Assembly (NCBI GenBank): GCA_964200185.2
Contig: CAXNAD020000029.1
Location: forward strand, 1-42,574
DNA length: 42,574 bases
Origin: Choristocarpus tenellus KU-1152
Lineage: Eukaryota > Protista > Phaeophyceae
Direction: 5' to 3'
Each line of letters begins with the position of its first letter. Position 1 is the first letter of the stretch. Both the position numbers and the translations under genes were made by a program. The notes beneath the pieces were generated by a model. It did not search any database, was not told where the DNA came from, and worked only from the letters and a program-made list of their open reading frames with translations. Shown here piece by piece: positions 1 through 10,505 of this stretch.

Positions 1-595
1 CATGAAAAAATCGACCCCAAATGGACAGCCGCCACCCCCTCCCAGATACTTTGAGCCTTTACAGCTTGAGAAGGTATGTATATCTAGTTTCACTCCAAGG
101 CGATAAAAAAAGATGCCGATAATTCTTGAAGGCTACACCATTGGCTTTGCCCACTTGGCGGTTCAGAGGTTATCTATCAGACTAGTAAAGGCACAGTGAG
201 GGGAAAACACAAGACCATCTTCTTAGACTCACATAACGGGTTGGTTTTAACATTCAAGAGCATGTATGCAATTCATACCATTTTCACATTTTTTAGTTTT
301 TGTAACTAGATGCACACACAACACACAATTTGAGTCCACCTTTTTCTTTGGTTCAAAGGCAACCCAGCAATATGTTGGGACCAGCTGACAATCAGAAATT
401 ATGGGTTTTTCAATAACTCATGACGTTGTTCCTCCAACAATTCCACCCAAATAAACCTAATCTGTGGTGATACTGAGTTCCATCCGTTCAAATCTTCCGG
501 GGGCATATAGGAGACGGGCATGTCCACACCGTTCTTCTAGCTACGTTTTCTACCTGTTACACGGACCTTTCTGTATGAACTGACTGGTTCGGTTG

Positions 596-971
596 TGTAG
601 AGAATGTGCTTTTTACTCATGTGTAAAAGAAGATTCTGTTGTAGAAGAAACAACCAAGGATGACACAATGTCAAGGGTGACAAGACAATGTTTGTGTTCT
701 GAAGGATAGTAGATGTGTTTGGGTTCAAGAACTATAATATTAATCTTTTTTACTAGAATATTCAGGAACAAGAAGCATTCATTGTTGGATGTAATCTGTG
801 ATTAGTGATTGCTGATCCATAGAATATGAATGATTTGGTGACATGGACACCCCCCCCCCCCGTTTGGATGGTGTTTCGCACTCCATCTTTCTACCTAATA
901 CAACATAAATGTGAAGAAATAAATTTACATATTTCATTATCAAGACTTAGGATTCTACACATACTTTGACA
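596..971 (+). repeat. 5' LTR of copia element 1
   Basis: Aligns to 5672-6007; starts TGTAG, ends TGACA; preceded by TSD GGTTG. Confidence 0.9.
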
Positions 972-1049
972 TCCTAGCTAGCATACTTTTTTTTAAAGTG
1001 TGCTGATATCTCAGGAAAGCTAGTAGTAGAGGGGTCAGACGGGATCCCA

Positions 1050-4000
1050 ATGGCGTCTGCTGTCAGTAACGTGAACATGGAGGATGAAGATGTTGGGGTG
1101 GAAGTACAGGGCTTCTATGATGATGAGGATCTAGACAAGGGGAATCGCAACTTCATGAAGGACTGCGGAAGTGGACCTGCAGCGCCTCATCCCACTTCCT
1201 TCAAGATTTGTAGTGTATAATAATAACGACGATGGGGAGGAATTTCCCTCGTACAAGAAACGATTGTTAACTCGTGCTTCCATGGGTGGTTGGATGGATG
1301 CACTATTATTATCTCAAGACCACATCAGGGTGGGCCTTGAAGGAAGTAACACGTCAAGGTGGACATGCCGGGAAGTCAAGAAGCCAGCTTGATGTCGACT
1401 GGGCTGGTTATGAGTGTAGGTGGATTTGCACTCGACATTGTTGATAATCATGACAGCCTGTCTGAAGCTTTTCAGGCATCGAGAAACCGTTTCGAAAGAG
1501 ATGGTATCAACGAACGAGCGATTTTGAGGACCAAATTGGGACGGGCCCTGCTGATATTATTCAAGAGATGGAAAAGCTGGTGAAGAAGTTGCGGAGTCTT
1601 GGCATCGAACCAGACGAGGAAGAGCAGCTGACAGTGATTCACAACTGTTTTGCTGAGAATATAGATGGTGGTGCAGTGACTACACAGAGGAAGAGTCGTG
1701 GTCGAGGGAAGGCGAATTGTGGAAATAATGGACCGCCGAAGATGCTGGAGGCTTCTCGACGGTGAGGGATGAGGACATTGAACAGTGGGATGATGTATGG
1801 TATTTTGATACTGGGTGCTCCACCAATATGACCAACAACCCCATTGCCTTGATAGACCAACGACCTGTTAGTGGAAAGTCTGTGACTGTAGAGGAGAGAA
1901 ACTTCGTGTTATCATAGATGGAAACTTGCCACTACGTTGTATGCAGAATGAGAAGGTTTATGATTTTGTTTTGTGCAATGTGTTGGTTAGAGTTGAAGTT
2001 CAATCTTTTCTCAATGGTTCAAGCTGGACGCCAATCTGGTCGAGGATGTTTTTGGCGGGAGGAAAATTCTTTGAAGTTCATCAACCTCTGGAAAGAATTT
2101 TGATTTGTTCATATTGAAGGCTAGAAAGAGAATGCCTACAACACCTACACCATCACGTAGGGCAACTCCCCCCTACCCACCTGATGAGACCGAAGTGGCA
2201 TTTGCGCTTGGAGGAACAGCAGCAATCAACCTTGCCCAAGAGGGGACTGGAGGTGCTAATTTCGCGCTGGATGGGGATGGAAGTATCGACCTCGCCCAGG
2301 AGGGAGGGGGCTAGAGGAGTCAACCTTGCACAGAATGAGGCTGAAGGTATCGACGTAGCCCACGCAGGAGCTAGAGATGCCAATCTCGCCCAAAAGGAGA
2401 CTGGTGGGGATATCGATCGAGAAGTATTGATGTTTGAGGCTACTACATCAGCGGAGGATGCTGTAGTGATGAGTAGTTTACCCCCTCAATGGGTTGAAGT
2501 TAATGCCATTGTCCCAGAAGGGATTGTTGGGGATGAGGGACCTACCCCAAAGATGGCATCGCCAGTGTTTGATCCAGGGGTTCAACTAGTACGACTGCAA
2601 CAACAGAGGTGGGTGTTGAGGAGGAGCTCGCCTCAAGTTTGGAAACTGGTGATATACAACTGGCATCAACATCAGGCAATGATGAACCTGATGAGCTTGC
2701 CCAAGGTGGGGCTGGAGCTTTTATTACGGTCCAGTAGGAACCGAGTAGTGAGATGCGCCCTACTACTTAAGTGGGTATCAACCAGATGCATATGGAACTC
2801 GGTCACTGCTATGAGGCAATGATACACAGGTATGCCAAGGATTGTGCGATTTTTTAAACTGGGGATTGGTAACAATACTGTAAGGGGTGCGCTATTGGCA
2901 AGGCTAATCGAAAACCAGTACTCAAGGTAACAGAGAGTAAGTCTGACCAACGGTTGGGACGGGGTTCATAGATTTGAGCGGACCGAAGTCAAGGACAAGA
3001 AGCCTGGGTGGATACCTTTACGAGATGCTGATGGTATGTGACAGGGCAGGAATAATATGGATTCGATTCCTGCGAGCCGAGATTGAAACTGAAATGGTTT
3101 TTCGGGTTTTTATTAGAGATGTGGCAGATGTGGAAAGTTTGCGCATAGGGTGCGTGAGGACTGATGAGGGCACGGAGTTCAAGAATGGGAACTTTGAGGG
3201 GGTGTTGGATCAACACAAGATTTGACATGAGTACACCGTTCCGGGTAACCCCCAATTGAATGGGAAAGTGGAACACGCGATTGCACTGATAGCGGAGAAG
3301 GGGTTGGTCATGATGCCCGCGGCTGGATTGGGGGATTGGTTGGGTTTGTTGGCGGAGGCGCACAACATGGCTACCACATTAACAAACCTTTGTCCCACGT
3401 CTGCTGGCCCCCACTGGAAATCACCTTATGAAAGGTTTTTGGTGTTCCAACCCATACTCACTTGTTGCCTTTTTGGGTTCTAAGGGTTCACAAGATTAGA
3501 CCAACGGATGCATAAGTTGCTCCAAGAGCCGAACCTTGTTTAATGATGGGATGTTCTTCCAACCACCCTTATGATTCTTTGCGGGTTCTTAGAAATTCAG
3601 GTCAAACAGTCAACAGGTGTGACTATGTTTGGGAACCTTATTTTGTCGCTGGGATTAACGAGATTTGGGATTTAATCTCGGAGGAGAAGCAAGAAGACTT
3701 TGGGCGGAGGACTGGGGATTTGGTGTTGGAGGGAATTTCTTTGGGATCGGAAGAAGAGGTTCCAGAGGAAATGATTTTAGAATGGGTATCTTTCGAACAA
3801 GTGGGTTTGGATTCGGAATTTGGAAGCGGGGAAGGTGGAATAGATATGAAGAATACTATGGAGGATGAAGATACCAATGGGATCCTGAACACTGGTGTTG
3901 ATGGTATGGATCCACGTACATCACAGCAGGGGAGTGGTGGAAGGTTGTTACTGAGACTGGCGGACCATAACAGTGACCCCCCACCTGAACCTGGTGAACC

Positions 4001-5610
4001 ATCAGAACGTGCAGTCCAGTATGAGTGGAGATTGACTGGTCTACTTGTGGGTGGGAAAGATAAACCCCTCCCACCAGAACCTAAGACTATGAGAGCGACG
4101 GAGTCTGAGGAGTGGCCTTTATGGAAAGCAAGTATTGATGAAGAAGTGAATGATCTGTATAGAAGGGGAGTCTGGATTCAAGTACCTTGCCCCACTGATG
4201 GTCAAAAGGTACTCTGGACAAAGATGGTGTTTACCAGGAAGGTGGATGCTAGTGGAGAAGTGGAAAGGTACAAGGCCAGGTTGGTTGTCCAGGGCTTCAG
4301 GCAGAGGAAGGGGGAGGACTACTTTGAGTCATTCTCATCAACACCTACACATGCTTCTCTTCGCATGTTACTTGCACTATCAGTGAAGATGAATTATGTG
4401 TTGATCCACAGTGATGGGAAGAAGGCCTTCACACAGGCTGACTTGGAGGAAAATATCGATGTGGAACTTCCTGAAGGAAAGGCAAAGTTTGATGGAGCAG
4501 TGGGATTACTGAACAAGTCCCTGTATGAGATAGTCCAGGCTTCTTGGAACTGGAATTTTCTGCTGGTGGAAGCTTTGTTGGAGTTGGGATTGGAGAAATC
4601 TGAGGCAGATCCATGTCTGTTCAGAATAGTTGTCGATGGTGAGGCTTTGATGATCATGATTGTTCACGTTAATGACATGCTGGTGGCTGAGGAACCAGGG
4701 GCTGGTTATGCTGTGCGTATCATTGAGGGACTTAATAAGAGGTTCCCGGTGGTGAATTTGGGTGAGGTGACCAAATTTATGGGATGCATAATCATGAGGA
4801 ACAGGAAAATTGGGACACTTGTGGTGGGTCAGAGCTTGTACATCGGAGAGCTGTCTGAAAGACATGCTATTGGCACGACTTATGAGCTACTGTTCATCAC
4901 AAAGAGAGTGGAGAAGGAGGGACCTGTTCCAGACAACTACAGATCTATCATTTGGTGGTATACGATGGGCTGCTATCATGACTAGACCTGATTTATGCCT
5001 TGCAGTTAAAGAATTGGCTTCTTGTGTGGAAAATCCAAGTTTATCTGATTGGTATGATGCTAGGAGAGTGATTGGGTACCTGTTGGGTACTAAAGAGCAT
5101 TGAATTACCTTTGGTGACTTTGGATTGTATGGGAATGGACCAAGGGATCAGTTAATTGGCTATACACATGCTAATTATGCAAATTGCAAGGATAGTCGAT
5201 TGTCTGTTTCTGGTGGTGATGTTTGGGGGAGGATGTGTTGATAGGTGGTCTAGGAAGCAGAAAACGGTTAAACTGCCTACTGCTGAGGCTGAGTATGTTG
5301 CACTGTGAGTTGGGGAAAGAGGTTATGTTCCTAAAGCAAGTGCACATGTTCATGCAACCACAATATAAAGATTACTTGGTGTTTGTGTTTGAGGACAATG
5401 ATGGTGCAATTAAGACTTCACAGAAGACAGTATCTGGTGGTAGAATTAAGTACATAGACATTAGGTACCACTATGTACGGCAGCTAGAGAGGGAAAGTGA
5501 AGATTGGATATGTACCTACGAAATTCCAACATGCAGATCTTTTTACCAAGGGTTTGTCTAAGGAATTGTTCGATAGGCATGCAGATATATCATTATGGGT
5601 AATGTGTGAT
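1050..5610 (+). pseudogene. Disrupted copia gag-pol polyprotein
   Basis: ORF fragments 1171-1765 (gag), 2974-3483 (integrase), 3543-4985 (RT) and 4810-5561 (RT C-terminus/RNase H) lie in shifting frames. Confidence 0.9.
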
Positions 5611-5671
5611 GTGATATGATGTGTTGCGTTTGAGGTGATATTTTTCACTTGAAGTTCAAAGCAGGAGAATG

Positions 5672-6007
5672 TGTAAGGAGTGTGCTTTTTATTCATGTGT
5701 GAAAGAAGATTCTGGAGAAGAAACAAACCAAGGATGACGAGACAATGTTTGTGTTCTGAAGGATAGTAGATGTGTTTGAGTTTAAGAACTAGAATATTGA
5801 TGAGTTCAGGAATAGGAAGCATTGTTGGAAGTAATCTGTGATTAGTGATTACTGATCCATAGAATATGAATGATTTGGTGACAAGGACAACCCCCCCGTT
5901 TGGATGGTGTTTCTCACTCCAACTTTCTACCTACTACAACATAAATGTGAATGAATTAATTTACATATTTCAATATCAAGACTTGGGATTCTACACATAC
6001 TTTTGCA
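5672..6007 (+). repeat. 3' LTR of copia element 1
   Basis: Follows purine-rich AAAGCAGGAGAA; TGTAAG...TTTTGCA; followed by GGTTG. Confidence 0.9.
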
Positions 6008-6739
6008 GGTTGACAGTATACCTGATCACCACTAGTGCTCTACCTATTGCCCTGAGTTGTTTGAACCAGGAGATTTTTATTTTTTTCTCTCAAGGATCTG
6101 TTTTGTTTTTGTGCAGAACGGAATTCACACTAGGGAGGGGGTGAAGTCAAGGACAGATCCCATTTGGGGATCTTCAACACTATGATATGGTATCACGCAC
6201 AGACAAATACATTGCATGTGCCATCTTTTGTTCCAGCGACCAGTCGATGACCCTTTTTTTCCTCTTGTCTCAAGTTACAGGTTGGGGTTTGTCATTGTCC
6301 TGTATTACAGAGGACAACTGGGCGTGACTAGTAGTTCTCACTGTGTACACTCTTACAACTTTATGATAATATTCAATATCAATTCAAACACATCTGCAGG
6401 GGAAATGTGACGAACAAGAAATCGAATTGAAGAGTACAGGTTACAATCAATACGGATTTTCCAAATTTGAAATCAATACAACAGTTACACTTTCAGAGAC
6501 AAGGTAGTGGGTTGATGTCCCCGTTTGAGCGCACATCATACTCCAGGTGATTTGTGCCAATGGGTTTCACACATGTTGATCATGCTATTGTAGGTTTATG
6601 GGGCTAAAAATATCCACCAATAGAAATGAACTCCTTCCAAATGTGATTGACCCTCACTACAAAAGCAAAGGTGGCAACAAGAGCAAATAAGATTCTGGAC
6701 CTTGGTCAAAGGGAGCAATGATAGCTGTTGAAACAGCGG

Positions 6740-9700
6740 CCATATGTTTTGTTCTACCCCCCGAAGCTGTCTTCTCAGCCAACTTGATTGCCCCATTATT
6801 TTCTTCAAGCAATTGTACACAATAATTGTCCATAGTTGGCTCCAGAAAAAAATGGACTTGCTGAAAAAACATAACCTCCTTGTCCAAATCACACAACGAC
6901 ATACTCAGCCTCAGTGGTAGGTAAAGCAACAGTTTTCTGCATTTTAGACCACCAGCTCACACATGCACCCCCAAACATTACCACGCCACCAGTCACAGAA
7001 AACCTTGAAATCACACAATTGACGTAGTCTGCGTCAGCATAGCCAATGAGCTGGTCCCTAGGTGCAACATCATAAAACTGAAATTACCAATAGTCAAACC
7101 CCGCTTACTAGTCCTCAACAGATAAGCAATAACTCTTTCAGCCCCATTCCAATCTGTCACTGTGGAATTCACAAACTGCATTGCTAGGCTCCTTACTGCT
7201 GATGCTACATCAGACCTCGTCATGATTGATACCCACATTTAGATACTACTGATCATAGATCTGTAGTTGTCTGGAACAGGTTCATCCTGCTCCGTTCTCT
7301 TTCTCCCTCCAATCGTCCTACTCCCTCCTTGGGCCTCTGCACTCTCCCCTTTTCATCCATCTGCCCTGGTCGAAAATGTAGTCCTAACTTAATGAGTACG
7401 TAGACTGGGTCTTTGAATGTCTGTTTTGGATGCCCATTACCTCATCCACAGCACCATTCCACAAAGACCACTCTACTGACTTTATTGCCCCTCGCATTTT
7501 CAATTCCCGCTCAATTCCAGGTAACTCCTCCATTAGTTTGCCCGGTTCAGATGTAGGGTAATTAGTCGGATCCACATGTCCCAGCACTTGGTTCCTCACA
7601 CCCCCCTGCTGCGACACTGGGTTCATATTACCAATGTTAGTGTTCACCTGTTCATCTAACTCCCTTTTCTCCATCACCAACCCTATTGCATTTCCTACTA
7701 CCACAGGACTTAGCAGAACTTTCCTAGAGGCATTTTGACTGGACTCGTCCATAGTCCCACTCAGACCTGGTTCAACATTCTTAGCCATCAAACGCCCTAC
7801 CCCAAAATCCATATATGGGGACTCTAATTCTGTATTTGAACTTGTTGACCCTCCTGAATCAATAACTGCCCGTGCCATCTTTGGGGTGGGTCCCTCCCCC
7901 CCAACAAGCCCTCCTGGGACTATGACATTCACTTCAACCCTCTCAGGGGGAAGCATCCACTTTGCTACAGTATCATCCACTGATGTAATGGTGTCAAACA
8001 TTGATCCTCCACAATTAACATTGCCTCCACTCCCCTCTTGAGTGAGATCGACATCTCTAGCCCCAGTGTGGGATAGGTCAATACCTCCAATCTCATCCTG
8101 TGCGAAATCGACTCCTCTAGCCCCCCCCTTTTGGGCGAGATCATCAGATATCACAACATCCTCCTCTGACATTGCGTTCGCTCCAGTCGAGTCCACATAA
8201 ATATCTTCCCCCTTTAACAAAGCACGATTCTCTGTCTCCTTTGGAATTGGATGCCTATGACCCTTGCCGAGTGGGAAAAATTGACAAGATGGCCCCCATA
8301 TTCCAGTTAACAAAATGTTCTGCGCCGAAGCGTCTTTCCTGTCCAACCCCTGATGAACATCACCTAATCGCGTATGCAGCTCATTCACATCCCTCGATGC
8401 AGTTTTCTGGGTCAGGTTAATTCTTGGTGTGCCAGAAACGGATGTTGCATTGGTGGTAGGGACATCAGTAGAATCGGAGTCATTCCTCACACTCACTGTG
8501 TGCATCCCTACGGAGAATAATTCCTCCTCCCCTAATGACGCGAAGGTGAGATTTCGTTTCCCATTGTCCTTAAAAGTTGAGATTCTAGTGGGGTTGACAG
8601 ACCGGAAACTGTGACCATCTTGCATGCAAGCCTTGGCAGAATACAAGTTCACACCAAGATCAGGCACCACAAGTACGTAAGTGAGTACCACAGTCTCCAA
8701 TTTTTACCACTTAGAACACATTCCAATTTGATGTCCCCCTTCTCCATGATGTCAAGTGTTCCACCACCTCCAACTGCAACTGTTCTATCACAAGCTTCAC
8801 AATTAAAACATGTTTATATTGGTCGCAGTAAAATTATGTGTGGCTCCACTGTCCCAAATCCAAACCTCAGCCATGACGGTCTCTTGAAGGGAAGTGATTT
8901 TACCTTACTAACAAGGTAACTCTTGATTAGTTACTGGAAAAACTCCTGATGTTGGTTGTCCTTCGCCAGATCCATCCGATTTTGGTCCTCCTCCCTTGTT
9001 ATTAGAACCATTCTTCCCCATCCAATTCTTCTTCTTCTGGATGTTCGGAGATTCCAGACCCCTTGACGATCCCATTCTTTTTTTTTGCGGACATGTGAAG
9101 CTTTGATGTCCTATTTCCCTGCATACAAAGCAAGAAAACCCCCCTTCACTCGCCTTCTGTTTCTTGATTTGTGGGGACTTGGATCGGAAGTGAGGTCCAT
9201 CACATTCCTAACAATTTGGTTGTCCACCAGTGCACCACCTCTCACCCCAGCTGATTCTGTCCCCTTTCAATAGAGCACAGTCGATATCTCTTCGGGACTA
9301 ACTTTTCCAGTTTTATCCACCCCTCTGCCGACTCGTCATCATCTATATGGGACAAGATGTTTTAGATACTCTTCACTGAATGAATTTTGAAGCCAACCCA
9401 CTCGATCTTCCTCTGTCAAGGAACCTCCCAAGCTCTTCAGCTCCATTATAAGAGCTTCCTTCTGGTTAATGATGTCAGCAGGATCTCCCCCAGGTTCCAG
9501 CACCATGTCCATCAATTGCCGTTTTATGAGATTTCTCTCCGTTTGTCCAGAATTAGCACAGTTCTTGACCAGTGTGGTGAATTCCCTTCATCTTCTCCAT
9601 CACCCCTTGCCATTCTCGCATGTCAGGCCCCACGAGTGCCTCTGATATAGAAGATGGTTCTGGATGGCATTGAGTAGATGGTACATACTCCCCAGATTTC

Positions 9701-10505
9701 ACGCCACACTTGGAGATTTGTACGTTGTCGCATGGTGTAGATACAGATCCACACCTGTTGGGGAATATTCCAAAGACAGTACCCTCAGGTGTTCCTTCGT
9801 TACCAGTAGCTCCCTCCATCCCAATGAGAGAGCGTGTGTAAGAACTGTTTTGCTCCACTTCCTCCTCGTTCCTGGTTCCCCCTTGAACGCAGGTTGTTTT
9901 GAGGAATATTTCTTTTATTTCGGGGCAAATACCGGTCTAGCCCCCACGGCCACCGTATCTCTAGTCCCAGCCCTAACCTCGCCCCCTTGTGCGGCTAATG
10001 TCCCTTATTGAATTGCATCCCCCCCTTGGGTCATTGTCAGTTCTTCAACTCCGTCATCAATTGAGTTCAGATTTGTATTGAATCTTGATCTGTGCATCAT
10101 AGTTGTTGATCTTGACTCCCTCCTGGTGATAGCTAAAATCCACATATATTAACTACGCAAGCACGCTTTTAAAGAATGTTATAGCATGTTAACCTGTCCT
10201 TGACAATCTATTGTCCCACATATCCAGTTATATTATTGTTTATTAGCTTGTATCACAGATGAGAAGAGAGTCAGACACTACCACTAGATGGGGCTCACCA
10301 AGCCTTACAGTAAATGATTCAGAGTACCAAATGACTCGACAGTTCTCTAGCACACGTCAGAAACACTCGGACTCTAACATTCCACCAATTACTTCTGGTC
10401 AAATACCCTGCCTAAATATCCTTAATATCCCGCAACATTGTCTGTGTGTACATAAAATATTACTTCTAATCATATTATCACAATTGGTCAAGCATAATCT
10501 TGACA
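6740..10505 (-). mobile_element. Deleted, rearranged Ty1/copia element (element 2), related to element 1
   Basis: Minus strand: putative LTR 10505-10195 (TGTCAAG...GGACA), gag-like LIKRQLMDMVLEPGGDPADII (~9530-9350), protease WIWDSGATHNF (~8850), pre-integrase region, RT C-terminus (TRSDVASAV) and RNase H (EENNGAIKLA...RTKHM). Integrase core and most of RT are missing; no 3' LTR found. Confidence 0.85.
10195..10505 (-). repeat. Putative 5' LTR of copia element 2
   Basis: TG...CA termini, followed by GGTTAAC (PBS-like) and a leader resembling that of element 1 (TTTAAAAGCGTGCT vs TTTAAAGTGTGCT). No second copy in the window. Confidence 0.6.

Larger units (their letters stand above)
596..6007 (+). 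mobile_element. Full-length degenerate Ty1/copia LTR retrotransposon (element 1)
   Basis: Direct LTRs 596-971 and 5672-6007 (TG...CA) with 5-bp TSD GGTTG at 591-595 and 6008-6012. Copia domain order: gag, protease WYFDTGC (~1798), integrase (RTDEGTEF, NGKVEH), RT (RYKARLVVQGF, DPCLF, HVND for YVDD), RNase H (EDNDGA, KYIDIRYHYVR, ADLFTK). Purine tract before the 3' LTR. Many stops and frameshifts. Confidence 0.95.

Noticed and set aside
594-961. Alternative LTR ends TGTGTAG...CTACACA (perfect inverted termini)
   Set aside because: LTR similarity extends 10 nt further, and only 596/6007 gives a matching 5-bp TSD.
3543-4985. 480-aa ORF as a functional or domesticated reverse transcriptase
   Set aside because: Catalytic YVDD reads HVND and the ORF is frameshifted from the rest of pol.
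7384-8700. 438-aa ORF as a host gene
   Set aside because: It is a deletion-fused copia pol segment (protease tail, pre-integrase, linker).
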